From the NCBI GenBank assembly GCA_044226015.1, contig JBGAHS010000001.1, positions 800,001-864,000 on the forward strand: a stretch of 64,000 nucleotides of DNA. The letters are read 5' to 3'. This DNA comes from Candidatus Obscuribacteraceae bacterium. GTDB taxonomy: Bacteria > Cyanobacteriota > Vampirovibrionia > Obscuribacterales > Obscuribacteraceae. The notes under the pieces are model-generated. The model saw only the letters and a list, made by a program, of their open reading frames with translations, was not told the DNA's origin and ran no database searches. Shown piece by piece: positions 48,109-58,760 of the stretch (its first letter is position 1; each line of letters begins with the position of its first letter). A program made the translations under genes and the position numbers.

Positions 48109-48630
48109 ATGACTTCACAAGGTCCAGCACAATCAGCAACGGTACCAACCGTCGATGAACTCGCTCAAGAGCTGCTCCTAATTCAACAGTCGGGACCAAG
48201 ACGTGTAGCCATTATTGGCTCGCGAAATCTCCCTCTGACGCATCAGCAACTCGTTGAGATGCTTGCATATGCTCTGGTGCTTTCGGGCAACCAGGTTGTA
48301 ACCAGCGGTGGTGCCAATGGTACCAACATGGCTGCAATCCGCGGCGCTCAAAGAGCCAACCCAGATCGTCTGGAGATAATTCTTCCTCAGACAATCGGGC
48401 AGCAGCCGCCAGAAGTTCAAGACTTGCTGATTGGCGTTCGCAACATAATTGAATATCCTGATAGAAGAAACATGACCCTGGCAGATGCCAGTAAGTTGTG
48501 CAACCATGAAATTGTTGACCGCAGCCAGCAAATAATTTGTTTCCTCTGGCACACAAGCTATACACTGTTAGAGTCGGTCAATTATGCTAAGGATCACAGA
48601 AAGATAGTTACTAACTTCTATCTGGACTAG
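48109..48630 (+). CDS. Small SLOG/DprA-like protein (cyanobacterial/plastid 'DNA recombination-mediator A' type)
   Basis: LAQELLLIQQSG.RRVAIIGSR, TSGGANGTN.AAIRGA, EIV.R.QQIICF. Confidence 0.8.
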   Translation: MTSQGPAQSATVPTVDELAQELLLIQQSGPRRVAIIGSRNLPLTHQQLVEMLAYALVLSGNQVVTSGGANGTNMAAIRGAQRANPDRLEIILPQTIGQQPPEVQDLLIGVRNIIEYPDRRNMTLADASKLCNHEIVDRSQQIICFLWHTSYTLLESVNYAKDHRKIVTNFYLD

Positions 48631-48652
48631 GCTGAATCTTCAGGATTAGTGC

Positions 48653-49798
48653 TTGAACCTTTCAACGTTGAATGAGAATCCGTTTTTGCCGCTTGTTTTG
48701 ACGGCTTTTGCGGCGATGTTTTTGTGTCTTGGTTTATATCCACTGTATATAAAGTGGCTAAAAGCCAAACAGATCTCTCAGTATATTCGTGAAGAAGGTC
48801 CCAAGAGTCACGCCGCTAAAGCGAAGACTCCCACGATGGGCGGTCTTTGCTTTATCTTTTCTATCGTGCTTGTTGCCGGCACATTCCTTCTAATAAACAA
48901 TCTGGTCTCGGTTGAGTATAGAAGCCGTGCTTTGATTGCACTTCTAACCCCAGTATTTTGTGGGCTAATCGGTTTTGCTGACGACTACGGAAAAATCACA
49001 AGCAAGTCAAATGCCGGACTTTCTGCCAGGCTGAGACTCATACTTGAGTTCGCACTTGGCGCAGTACTCGGTGTGGCTATCTACTATTGGAACCTGGTAC
49101 CTGATTTTGTCTACGCGATAGATATTGGGCCCGAGGGCATCAGCACAAAAACATTTCCTCATTTTACTGGGCTGCTAGAAATGGCTTACGTAGTTCTGTT
49201 TGTGCCATTTCTTATGGCGGCGACCAGCAACGCGCTCAACCTTCACGATGGCATGGACGGACTGGCTGCTGGTACCTCCTGCATCGTTTTTATTACACTG
49301 GCTTTGATGCTGCTTGCATCTGGCCAGTGGACACTTTCCTGGGTTGCATCTACTGCCGCCGGTGCGCTTTTGGGATTTCTCTTTTTCAATAAAAATCCGG
49401 CTAAGGTTTTCATGGGCGACACAGGCAGTCTCTTCCTGGGGGCATTGATGGCCAGTCTGGTCGTCTGCGGCGGTCTTGTCATTTGGTTTGTGCCACTGTC
49501 TCTCATTTATATCGTCGAGGCAGTTTCTGTGATGGCTCAGGTCTCTTATTTCAAGCTGACGAAACCTTACACGCCAGCAAAGCCGATGGATTCAATATCT
49601 CTAGCCATTTACAAGCTAACCCACAGACTTCCTGGCGACGGAAAACGTTTGCTGCGCATGGCGCCAATGCACCATCACTTCGAAGCGCTTGCTGCTGAAA
49701 AGGGGATAAAGGAGAAGGAAGTAGTAGTCTATTTTTGGTTGCTTCAGATTGCTATCAGCTCAATTTGCATCTTGTTTTTCAGACATGTACATTCTTAG
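48653..49798 (+). CDS. mraY: Phospho-N-acetylmuramoyl-pentapeptide transferase
   Basis: K..TPTMGG, GFADD, NALNLHDGMDGLA, FMGDTGS, APMHHHFE. Confidence 0.96.
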   Translation: MNLSTLNENPFLPLVLTAFAAMFLCLGLYPLYIKWLKAKQISQYIREEGPKSHAAKAKTPTMGGLCFIFSIVLVAGTFLLINNLVSVEYRSRALIALLTPVFCGLIGFADDYGKITSKSNAGLSARLRLILEFALGAVLGVAIYYWNLVPDFVYAIDIGPEGISTKTFPHFTGLLEMAYVVLFVPFLMAATSNALNLHDGMDGLAAGTSCIVFITLALMLLASGQWTLSWVASTAAGALLGFLFFNKNPAKVFMGDTGSLFLGALMASLVVCGGLVIWFVPLSLIYIVEAVSVMAQVSYFKLTKPYTPAKPMDSISLAIYKLTHRLPGDGKRLLRMAPMHHHFEALAAEKGIKEKEVVVYFWLLQIAISSICILFFRHVHS

Positions 49799-49832
49799 CT
49801 ATACTCTTTAGGTCCACGTCCCTAAGGTCCCC

Positions 49833-51680
49833 GTGACTGCAAAGATCAATCAGCTTGTAAACGAACTTTTGTCCCAGGGACGCTGGGATGAAGCCTATTC
49901 TGTGCTTGCCAGTCATGTTTCCAAGAATCCCGATGATCTAGAAATGGTTTACCAGCTTGGCAGCTTTTGCTACACCTCAGGGCGTTTTCCTGAAGCTGAA
50001 AAAGCATTGCGCCAATGTTTGACCGGTCCATTTGGTGCTGAGGCGCAATATGTTTTGGGGCTGACTTTTCTGAAATTGCGAAGACCCACTGATGCTGTTG
50101 GTGCTTTTCGTGAAGCGTGTGAGAAGAAGGAAAATTTCTCACTTGGACATTTGCACTGGGGCATTGCTCTGGCTTCGATGGGAAGCTGGAAAGGTGCTCT
50201 TGGGCAGTTCAAGCAGGCTATCAAAATAAATCCTCAACTTCTCGTGGGCTACTATCAGGCTGGTGTTGCTTCCTACAAACTACAGAATTACGACGAAGCA
50301 AAACAGTTCTTCGTAGAATCGTGCAAAATCGACCCCGAATTTTCGGAGTCATGGACAGCCCTTGCGATGACTCAAGCAGCAGCTCAAGACTATCCTGCAG
50401 CTGTTGCAAGTTTTGAACGAGCCTGGCAGGCTGACCCTAATCAAGCTGCTACCAAGCGTGCCTGGGCAGCTTTATTGATGCGTCTCGGTCGTTTCGATGA
50501 AGCTTCAAAGCAATACCAGGATGCGCTGAACATAAACACACAGATGTTGGACGCACGGGACAGAAGTCTGATTTACAACGACTGGGGTGTAAATCTGTTT
50601 CAGCAGGGAAGGCTTGAAGAAGCCGCCGATAAGCTCTTTCAAGCAGAGGGCGTTGACCCGACTTTGATTGAGGCTCGAATAAATCATGGGCTTGTGAAAA
50701 TAGCCATGCAAGAATTTGAGCACGCACAAGAGGAATTCGAGAAGATTCTCGAAATTGACCCTGAGTGCGCAGAAGCAATGATGCAGCTAGGCATCAATAA
50801 TTTCCTGATGAAACGTTATGCAGAAGCCCAACAGTTTTTGCAGCATGCCTTGAGCAAAGGTTTGGATGTTCCCAACCTGCGATTGTGGCTTGGTTTCTCG
50901 TTTATGTCATTGCGAGAGTTCGAGAAAGCGGAAGATTGTTTCCACAAAATATTGAACGATTATCCTGACAGCGCGATTGCACTCGATGCTCTTGGTGCCA
51001 GTCTTGCGTTTCAAGACAGGCATATTGAAGCTGTACAGAAGTTTCAAACTTGTATCGCCAAGAAACCGGATTATGCTCTGGCACATTTGCATTTGGCACG
51101 TAGTTACGAAGCCTCTGGTCGTGGAACTGAAGCCATGCAAGAATACAAATTGGCTGTGGCAAAAGACCCTGAGTGCTTCTCTCCAGAAAAAGAACTGGTG
51201 GAAGAACTGTTGAAGCAATCTCAGTACGATCTTGTTCAGAACAAATCGAAACGCCTGCTTGAGCTGCTTCCTTCAGATATTGAATCGTACCTGGCTCTTG
51301 CCAGAGCATACAAAGGTCAGGGAAAAATGGAAGAAGCGATGGCTGTCTTGAACTCGCTTACTTCGCTCGATCCTAATTATGGTGCTGCTTATGTTATGCA
51401 AGGGCAGCTGTATCTTTCGCAGGGATTGTTGCTCGATGCAGATGAGAAATTTCGTGTTGCATCGCAATTATATGAAGGCGATGTGATTCTATATTATGGC
51501 TGGGGAAAGACTCTTGGTCTTCTGGGCTTGCATGAGCTTGCGCTGGAAAAATTCGAAAAGGCAAATGAAATAGATCCTTTTGACGCCGATACATACGAAG
51601 CCTGGGGCGCAACACTGAAGATTCTCGGCCGCTATCAGGAGGCGGCTGAGATTTACAGAAAAGCTTCCGAATACATTTAG
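49833..51680 (+). CDS. TPR-repeat protein
   Basis: Repeated 34-aa TPR patterns throughout. Confidence 0.9.
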   Translation: MTAKINQLVNELLSQGRWDEAYSVLASHVSKNPDDLEMVYQLGSFCYTSGRFPEAEKALRQCLTGPFGAEAQYVLGLTFLKLRRPTDAVGAFREACEKKENFSLGHLHWGIALASMGSWKGALGQFKQAIKINPQLLVGYYQAGVASYKLQNYDEAKQFFVESCKIDPEFSESWTALAMTQAAAQDYPAAVASFERAWQADPNQAATKRAWAALLMRLGRFDEASKQYQDALNINTQMLDARDRSLIYNDWGVNLFQQGRLEEAADKLFQAEGVDPTLIEARINHGLVKIAMQEFEHAQEEFEKILEIDPECAEAMMQLGINNFLMKRYAEAQQFLQHALSKGLDVPNLRLWLGFSFMSLREFEKAEDCFHKILNDYPDSAIALDALGASLAFQDRHIEAVQKFQTCIAKKPDYALAHLHLARSYEASGRGTEAMQEYKLAVAKDPECFSPEKELVEELLKQSQYDLVQNKSKRLLELLPSDIESYLALARAYKGQGKMEEAMAVLNSLTSLDPNYGAAYVMQGQLYLSQGLLLDADEKFRVASQLYEGDVILYYGWGKTLGLLGLHELALEKFEKANEIDPFDADTYEAWGATLKILGRYQEAAEIYRKASEYI

Positions 51681-51691
51681 GTGCTGCTGCG

Positions 51692-53803
51692 ATGCATCCC
51701 CTTCTTTTAGATCGCCTGGTTAAGTCTCGCAACCTGACTTACTTTCGTCTGGCTTTTGCGCTTGTCGTGCTTGTTTCTGCTCTCGTTATTCAGCGTTTTG
51801 GTGTGCAAGATACTAACCCGGTAGGACTGATTGCAGCTGGCTTTGCTGTATTAGCCTCAAATCTTCTTGCGCTTGCGACTCTTTCAAGTGCAAAGCAGTT
51901 GAATAAGTTTAAAATCGATATGCTCAATGCCGCTTTGCTGGCAGTGGATATCGGTGCACTTTCCTACGTGGTGCATTTCACTGAAGGCGTTGAGTCTGAT
52001 TTCTTTTTTCTATATTTGCTGCCAATTCTCCTTGCTAGCAATGTTTATGAACGAATGGGCATCTTCCTCACTGCCTTTGCAGTCTCTTGTGCATACCTCT
52101 TCACGGTTGTTGCCGAGAATGCTAGCTTCATTCCTTATTTGAATCCTAGTTCAAATCAAGATGGGCTTACTGCGGCTTACGCGCAGCGACTCTGGTTGCA
52201 GATTTCTTCACGCAGTACGATTCTTTTTCTTGTCTCTATGATATGGGCGGTTTTCTGTCACCGCATGATGGGAGTCGTGCAAGAGAGTACTCGGAGGTTA
52301 TCAGAACAATTATCAGCAAACACTCTGCTTCTTGAACAACTTAAGTCCAAAGCCAAAAGAGAGCAGCTTAGCAATGCAATAAGTCTGGCCTTAAGAAGAA
52401 CGCTTGAACCAGAGACAATCTTGAGCACCACCTGTAGTGAACTGAGCGAAGCGCTGAGTGCAAACCATTGTTTGCTTGTGACTTCGAACAGAGATGATGG
52501 CGAGCCTTTAGTCTGGGACTCACGAGTTATAGCTCATGAAGCGATTGATCCATCTCTTCCTCAATCAGTTTGCAAGTTTTTCTTGCAGCACAATTGGTTG
52601 CGCAAATCGGAAGAAACTCCAGTCGGCAAAATGATTATTAGTGATGCTCCTTTTCTTGACCCTGATCTGGCGCCTGTCAAAGACCGGCTTCTTGAAATTG
52701 GTGTGTCCAGCATGCTTGTTCGACCAATTAAATACGGAAGTTCTCTGAAAGGGGTTCTGAGCATTTTGACGTTTGGGTCTCCCAGGCAATGGCTGTCCTC
52801 CGAACTTGAGCTGATAGATTCTGTTGCTGGGCAAGTCGCCATCGCGATCGAACATGCAGAGTTAGTTGGAAAGCTTTCCAATACCAATCAAGATCTTTTG
52901 CACAAAAACGAAAATCTGGACAGCAAAAATCTTGAGTTGAGAGAAATGCAGTCTCAGATGATTCATCATGAGAAAATGGCTTCATTGGGGCGAATTGTGG
53001 CAGGCATTGCTCATGAATTGAATAATCCTATCAATTTCGTTCACGGTAATTTGCCTTATTTAACTCAGTACTTTGACGAGTTAAAGCAAGTAATTTCTTG
53101 CCTGGATGAGCTTCCGGAAGAGTATCAAAAGGTGGTTCAAGAAGCCAAGAAAAAAATAAATTACGATTTCGTGGTTACAGACTTAGACAACATAATCGCA
53201 GACCTTGTTGAAGGCACTGAGCGTATTCGCCAAATAATACGAAACTTGCGCAGTTTTAGCCGCCTGGATGAAGCTGAATTGAAAGAGGCTTCAATTGAAG
53301 AAGGAATTGAGTCAACAATAAAAATTCTCAGCCAATACTATGGACGAGACAAAGTTGCGCTCGAACTCGACTTTTGTGGACTACCGCCGTTGCTTTGCTT
53401 CCCGGGTAAGTTAAATCAGGTTTGGATGAATTTGCTTTCTAATGCAGCCCAGGCACTCGAGGGCAAGCCCGACCCGCGGGTCTTTGTGAAAACTCAAATT
53501 GAGCCCGATACTGATACTTTCATCGTTTCGGTGGAAGACAATGGGCCTGGCATTATGAGTCCAGATCAGAGTAAAATCTTTGAGCCCTTTTTCACGACCA
53601 AGCCGGTCGGTCAGGGGACGGGTCTCGGTCTTTCGATTTCACATTCCATTGTGGAAAGACACGGAGGTCGTATCTGGTTTGAATCTGAAGCAGGCAAGGG
53701 AACAAAGTTTTTGGTAAGACTCCCATTGCATGCACCCCCCGCAGAGTTGCAAGATTTGGAAGATCAGTCGGTTTCTGATGTAAATTCCATAGTGTCCAGA
53801 TGA
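51692..53803 (+). CDS. Membrane GAF-domain sensor histidine kinase
   Basis: N-terminal TM segments, GAF, H-box GIAHELNNP, NLLSNA, DNGPG, GTGLGL. Confidence 0.95.
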   Translation: MHPLLLDRLVKSRNLTYFRLAFALVVLVSALVIQRFGVQDTNPVGLIAAGFAVLASNLLALATLSSAKQLNKFKIDMLNAALLAVDIGALSYVVHFTEGVESDFFFLYLLPILLASNVYERMGIFLTAFAVSCAYLFTVVAENASFIPYLNPSSNQDGLTAAYAQRLWLQISSRSTILFLVSMIWAVFCHRMMGVVQESTRRLSEQLSANTLLLEQLKSKAKREQLSNAISLALRRTLEPETILSTTCSELSEALSANHCLLVTSNRDDGEPLVWDSRVIAHEAIDPSLPQSVCKFFLQHNWLRKSEETPVGKMIISDAPFLDPDLAPVKDRLLEIGVSSMLVRPIKYGSSLKGVLSILTFGSPRQWLSSELELIDSVAGQVAIAIEHAELVGKLSNTNQDLLHKNENLDSKNLELREMQSQMIHHEKMASLGRIVAGIAHELNNPINFVHGNLPYLTQYFDELKQVISCLDELPEEYQKVVQEAKKKINYDFVVTDLDNIIADLVEGTERIRQIIRNLRSFSRLDEAELKEASIEEGIESTIKILSQYYGRDKVALELDFCGLPPLLCFPGKLNQVWMNLLSNAAQALEGKPDPRVFVKTQIEPDTDTFIVSVEDNGPGIMSPDQSKIFEPFFTTKPVGQGTGLGLSISHSIVERHGGRIWFESEAGKGTKFLVRLPLHAPPAELQDLEDQSVSDVNSIVSR

Positions 53804-54927
53804 GGTCAGTCCAAGACATGAAGCACAGCGTACTGCTAATAGATGACGAACCCGCCAATCTCAGGTTGCTCCGCCGCGTGCTTGGGGCTGAGTATGAAAC
53901 CAAGCTTGCAGAAAATGGAGCGGATGGTCTGAAAATTCTCGAGTCAGAGAAGATTAGTTTGATAATCTCTGACCAACGCATGCCTGGAATGACGGGTGTA
54001 CAAGTTCTGGAGGCCTCACAAAAGATTCAGCCAGAAGCGATTCGAATTCTATTAACAGGTTATACCGACATTCAGGCGCTAATAGATGCAATTAACTCTG
54101 GCCGAATTTATAAGTATGTCCAAAAACCCTGGGATGCTGAAGACTTAAAGCTTACTGTCAAAAGAGCTATTGAAAGTCTTGAGCTAAAGCAGGCTAACGA
54201 CAGTTTGGTTCTTGAGTTGCAGGCCGCATTGAAGCAGTTGGAGAACATCTCAATTGGAACAATTGTTGCCCTTGCAAACGCCCTTGATGCAAAATGCGAT
54301 TACACATCAGGGCATAGTTTAAGGGTGAGTCGGTTTGCTCTGGGCATCGCCAGGCAACTGGGTTTTAGCGCTGACGAATTGCGTGATATTGAGCTTGCCG
54401 GAATCTTGCACGACATCGGGAAGATTGGTGTCCCCGAATCGATTCTCTGGAAGCCTGAGCGATTGAATCCGGAAGAGCAAAAAATAATGGCTATTCATCC
54501 AGTTCGATCAGCTGAGATGATTCAAGAGATTGAACACTTCGAAAGAGTGCGCTTGTGGGTGAAGCATCATCATGAGCACCTCGATGGAAGTGGGTACCCT
54601 GATGGACTAGTTGGAAACGCTATTCCCATTGGAGCGAGAATTGTTCTGGTGGCAGATGCCTTTGATGCTATGACAAGCGATCGACCTTATCGCAAATCAA
54701 TCGGATTTGAAAAAGCTAGTGCAGAATTACAAAAATATTCTGGTCGTCAATTTGACCCTGACCTCGTTCAGGCACTATTGAATTGCAAGTGCGAAGATGA
54801 CAGCCCACTCAGCGAAGGTGGAATTCCAGCAAGTCATTTAGGTCTTAAGTTAGGCGCAATAGATCCGCGGCAGTCTGGTAAACAGTATCTAGCGGAATCC
54901 GAACGGCAGGCTCGGAATCAGGTGTGA
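53800..54927 (+). CDS. Response regulator with HD-GYP cyclic-dinucleotide phosphodiesterase domain
   Basis: REC (IDDE, SDQRMP, KPW); HDIGK, HHEHLDGSGYP. Confidence 0.95.
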   Translation: MRSVQDMKHSVLLIDDEPANLRLLRRVLGAEYETKLAENGADGLKILESEKISLIISDQRMPGMTGVQVLEASQKIQPEAIRILLTGYTDIQALIDAINSGRIYKYVQKPWDAEDLKLTVKRAIESLELKQANDSLVLELQAALKQLENISIGTIVALANALDAKCDYTSGHSLRVSRFALGIARQLGFSADELRDIELAGILHDIGKIGVPESILWKPERLNPEEQKIMAIHPVRSAEMIQEIEHFERVRLWVKHHHEHLDGSGYPDGLVGNAIPIGARIVLVADAFDAMTSDRPYRKSIGFEKASAELQKYSGRQFDPDLVQALLNCKCEDDSPLSEGGIPASHLGLKLGAIDPRQSGKQYLAESERQARNQV

Positions 54928-55891
54928 TCGACGCCGCCTCTGCCGGATGCTCTTTTATAGCAATCACGCGATTATTTTGCAGCAATAGTTTGTCTGGATC
55001 TGTGGGACCAAACAAGGCAACAATGCTTTTTTGCAATGCCGATGCAATATGCATCGGAGCCGAGTCGACACAAATCACAAGCTCTGAAAGTTCCATCAAT
55101 GCTGCCAGTTCCTGAATGGAAGAAGTCTTCCCATAAGCATCTATGAACAAACCACCCTGAGCATCAGGCATGTCGCCGAGCTGCTTTTTGATATCAGATA
55201 CGGTGGCTTCATCATCTGGACCACCACAAAGCATTACTTCCAAATTGTGAGCAAGAAGTTTGCGCGTCAATTCAGCCCAGTTGCGTGACGACCAGGTCTT
55301 AATAATGCCTTTTTTGAGAGCCATTTGGCTCATTCCAGGATGAATAATTATCAGCTTTCCACTGGTTATGCAGGCAGCCTTCTTGCGTTCGTCCTGCACA
55401 AATCCACGCATCTTGTTGAGAGCTTGATGGTCCAGGTCCACCCGCGGTGCGGATGAGGGGAGCTTTATATTCAGCCCGCGCACCAGGTCATGATACATTT
55501 CGCCAGCGTACTGTTCTTTGTTCAGTGGCACGGCACTTGTCAGAAGCATTCGAGAAAGCGAACCTGAATCGTAGCCCACCCTCGTTTTGATACCACTTAG
55601 AAACAACAAGATACAGACCTTGCTGGATGATCCGGAGGAAAGGACGATGTCATATTTTCCTTTTCGAATCAGGCTGACAAGATCTAAATAATCGCCGACC
55701 TGCAGGTCTTTTTTGATGTCAAATACGATGTTCTGATCTATCAAGCGAGACAGCTGGGCGATAGCCTTTGATCGCGGTTCCGTGAGCAAAGTTATTTCCC
55801 AGTCAGGGTTTGCAGCTTTTACACTTTTCAACGTGGGTAGAAATAAAACCTCATCGCCAAGACCACCGAAGTTGATTGCTAAGAATTTCAT
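54845..55891 (-). CDS. GT9 glycosyltransferase
   Basis: GGLGDEVLFLP, IHPG, DSAPMHIA, ALFGPTDP; start at MKFLAINF. Confidence 0.9.
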   Translation of the reverse strand: MKFLAINFGGLGDEVLFLPTLKSVKAANPDWEITLLTEPRSKAIAQLSRLIDQNIVFDIKKDLQVGDYLDLVSLIRKGKYDIVLSSGSSSKVCILLFLSGIKTRVGYDSGSLSRMLLTSAVPLNKEQYAGEMYHDLVRGLNIKLPSSAPRVDLDHQALNKMRGFVQDERKKAACITSGKLIIIHPGMSQMALKKGIIKTWSSRNWAELTRKLLAHNLEVMLCGGPDDEATVSDIKKQLGDMPDAQGGLFIDAYGKTSSIQELAALMELSELVICVDSAPMHIASALQKSIVALFGPTDPDKLLLQNNRVIAIKEHPAEAASITPDSEPAVRIPLDTVYQTAADLLRLT

Positions 55892-55970
55892 TTGACCTTC
55901 CCTGGGTGCCTTAACGGACAAGCAATTTGAGCTTCGCTTATAATAAGCCAGTTCGGTTTGAGATAAAAGA

Positions 55971-57218
55971 TTGAGAACTCAATCAAATTGGTTTCTGATG
56001 ATTGTAGGCTGCGCTCTTCTGGGCGTAGGGCTCGGCTACATCGTCACTCTTTTGATTCGTCCGCAGATGCTTCCGCCGTCGCTCAGGCTGGGAGGCTTGG
56101 CAAGACCGAGCACCGTTTTACTTTTGGGCGTTGATATCGTCTATGGTGGTGACCGTCGCCATCTTAAAGCAGACCCTGCTTCCTTTCAGGGGCGCTCAGA
56201 TACCATAATGCTGGCTAGATTTGATCCTCCCAGAAACTCATTCTATGTGCTTTCTATACCACGCGATACCAATGCGAGTATTCCTGGACATGGAAGACAA
56301 AAGATAAATGGTGCCAATGCAATCGGTGGTGAGCAGCTTGCCATGGAAGCTGTCGAAGAACTCACAGGAATGCATATTGATCATTTCGTCATTTTGAATG
56401 TGCACGGACTCGTTGAAATGGTTGATGCTCTTGGTGGTGTCACTATCCAGATTCCGAAGAAAATGAAGTATCGAGACCGTTCAGCAAAGCTCAATATCAA
56501 TCTTGATGCGGGTCCCCATACTCTCACCGGAAGCGAAGCTATGGGGTTTGTGCGTTTTCGGCATGATGCCTTGGGTGATATTGGAAGAGTTCAAAGGCAA
56601 GAACTCTTTATTCAAGCCGTTATGGATAAAGCGATGAGTCCTGCTTCATGGGCCAAGGTTCCAGAATTGCTAGCAATTGCACAGAAGCATGTGAAAACCG
56701 ACATGAAGATTCCTCAAATCATGCAAGTTCTCTCATTTGTCAGAGCTGTGCCAAAACCCAATCAACACATGATCATGCTGCCTGGAAATTTTTCAGGTAC
56801 GGGTGATTGGGCTGCAGATGATAGCGCTCTTAAAAATGTTGTTGCCACCATGACTGGTTCAGCCGTGACAGTTTGTGATCGAAGTGAAATGCGTATCAGT
56901 ATTGAGAATGCCAGTTCTAGCCCTGGTCTTGGGCGAAAAGTCTCAAGATATTTAGGCAATCTTGGTTATCCTGTGATTTCGGTGTCCGGTAAATCTGAGA
57001 TTTTTTCAAGCCCGCAGGCGTTGACTAAAATCATTGCCATGAGAGGAAACTTCAGCGAAGCTTCTTTACTGAAGGGAGACCTGGGCAAAAATGGGGAAAT
57101 AATTAGTGCGTCAATTGGTGATATTCAGAGTACACTTACTTTAGTGGCTGGTGATGACCTGATACCGCTGGTGGAGTCATCTGCATCTACTGCTGACACA
57201 AAAAGACGTCGTCGCTGA
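55971..57218 (+). CDS. LytR-CpsA-Psr (LCP) protein with LytR C-terminal domain
   Basis: RSDTIM, SIPRDT, KINGA, RFRHDALGDIGRVQRQ; IENASSSPGLG. Confidence 0.93.
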   Translation: MRTQSNWFLMIVGCALLGVGLGYIVTLLIRPQMLPPSLRLGGLARPSTVLLLGVDIVYGGDRRHLKADPASFQGRSDTIMLARFDPPRNSFYVLSIPRDTNASIPGHGRQKINGANAIGGEQLAMEAVEELTGMHIDHFVILNVHGLVEMVDALGGVTIQIPKKMKYRDRSAKLNINLDAGPHTLTGSEAMGFVRFRHDALGDIGRVQRQELFIQAVMDKAMSPASWAKVPELLAIAQKHVKTDMKIPQIMQVLSFVRAVPKPNQHMIMLPGNFSGTGDWAADDSALKNVVATMTGSAVTVCDRSEMRISIENASSSPGLGRKVSRYLGNLGYPVISVSGKSEIFSSPQALTKIIAMRGNFSEASLLKGDLGKNGEIISASIGDIQSTLTLVAGDDLIPLVESSASTADTKRRRR

Positions 57219-57379
57219 CCCTTAGAGTTCTCAAGTTAAGGTGTGTAACCGAAATTTACGCCATTTTCGAGGAATTCTATAGTAATTATTACGATTCGGT
57301 GGCATGATGAACGCGTCGATTATGTTTGAATAGCTCTTGGCGAGCGCGGCGGCGGTCTGAAACAAAAGGTGGCAAATTT

Positions 57380-57604
57380 ATGATTCATTATCTATATGCA
57401 ACACGTGGTGGTTACTTGTACATGGTTGGACGCTACAATTCCCAACCCAAAGCAGAAAACGAAGGCGAATTCGTGCTTTCAGTTCCAGACAAAACTCCAC
57501 AAGCTGCAATAGATAGTCAAGCTCACCGTCGTTTCATGGAGCATTTGAGACGCCCACGCAGAGCAAACCACCACCACCACCATCGCGAAACCGCCAACGT
57601 GTAA
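57380..57604 (+). CDS. Small (74 aa) protein with basic/poly-His C-terminus
   Basis: AAGGTGG RBS-like site, ATG 57380, followed by a terminator. Confidence 0.6.
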   Translation: MIHYLYATRGGYLYMVGRYNSQPKAENEGEFVLSVPDKTPQAAIDSQAHRRFMEHLRRPRRANHHHHHRETANV

Positions 57605-57627
57605 TCGCATTAGCCAATGAATTCTTG

Positions 57628-57660
57628 AAAGACTCGGTAAATACCGGGTCTTTTGCTTTT
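57628..57660 (+). terminator. Intrinsic terminator
   Basis: aaagactcggt-aaat-accgggtcttttgctttt. Confidence 0.8.
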
Positions 57661-58155
57661 GAATTGAATTTTCGCTCAGGCAAAAAACGCTTATGGAGAT
57701 GTGTAGAAGCTAATAAATGGAATCGTATTTCAAATATGACTTTCGCAATTCAAATAAGAGTTCGGATTATCTTTTTCCTGTTTTTTTTTCCGAACTGTTA
57801 TTTGATTCCCCAAATGAATCGTTCATATATAGATGGCGTCCCTTATCGATATTCAATCTGCTTTTTCTGCTTGCTGGCTGTATTCATCAGCCTTTAGCCT
57901 CTATGAGGCGCGGATTTGACTACCGGGTATCTTTCCCACTTGTCAAATAAAAAGTGCAAAAATACCGCGCAAAATAGGGTTTGTGAGATACGTTTAATTT
58001 TTCTGGGGCGTTATGCCGTTATTCCAAGAATTTTCACGGGCATTTCCTTTGTAGGAGAAGCGAGTTGTGTTCACTCCATTGAAGGTTGAAACATTTTGCT
58101 TTTGAGATTTCGCGATCTTGTTTAGGAAGTGTGTGTGTTGAGAGGAAATGAGTTA

Positions 58156-58659
58156 ATGAGAAAGATAAAAGGGTTTACTCTAGTCGAGCTTCTGGTCGTC
58201 GTTGTAATTATCGGTATTCTTGCCGCTATCGCTTTGCCTAACTTCATTGGAGCTCAGAAAAAGGCGAAAGCTGCTGCTGTTAAAGGCAACTGCCGTACAG
58301 TACAAATTGCTGCTGAGTCCTATGCTACAGACAGCGGCGGTGCATACGCAGCTGACGCAACGGGTGCTCTCTTGAATTACCTACCTGGTGGTTCGAACAC
58401 CATGACTGGAACAGCTGGAACCATGCCAGTCAATCCCGTTACTGGTGCTGTTGGCGCTATCGCTAAGGGAACTTTGGTAACATCCGCTGCAATTACAGCT
58501 CAACGTGCCAAAGCAGTGGGCGCTGGTACTGCTGCTGCTGGATCACAAGATTACGTTGCTGCTGACAGCGGTAACTCTTATGCCATCACAGGAAGTGACC
58601 CAGATGGAAATTACCTGTCAGGTGTAGGCGGTAAATGTTTGGTTCTTTCGAACCAATAA
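58156..58659 (+). CDS. Type IV pilin-like protein 1
   Basis: MRKIKG|FTLVELLVVVVIIGILAAIALP prepilin motif; GAGG RBS. Confidence 0.93.
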   Translation: MRKIKGFTLVELLVVVVIIGILAAIALPNFIGAQKKAKAAAVKGNCRTVQIAAESYATDSGGAYAADATGALLNYLPGGSNTMTGTAGTMPVNPVTGAVGAIAKGTLVTSAAITAQRAKAVGAGTAAAGSQDYVAADSGNSYAITGSDPDGNYLSGVGGKCLVLSNQ

Positions 58660-58760
58660 TCTAGTCTAGTCTAGTCTGGTTGTAAAAGCTCTCAAGGAGT
58701 GGACCGATTCAGGTCGTGTCTGCTCCTTTTGGCGCGTTCTTGTTCATGGGGGATTCTGCG

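Noticed and set aside
57940..57990. c-di-GMP riboswitch upstream of the pilins (gcaaaa...cgcaaaa)
   Set aside because: No GNRA-capped P2 or receptor helix visible
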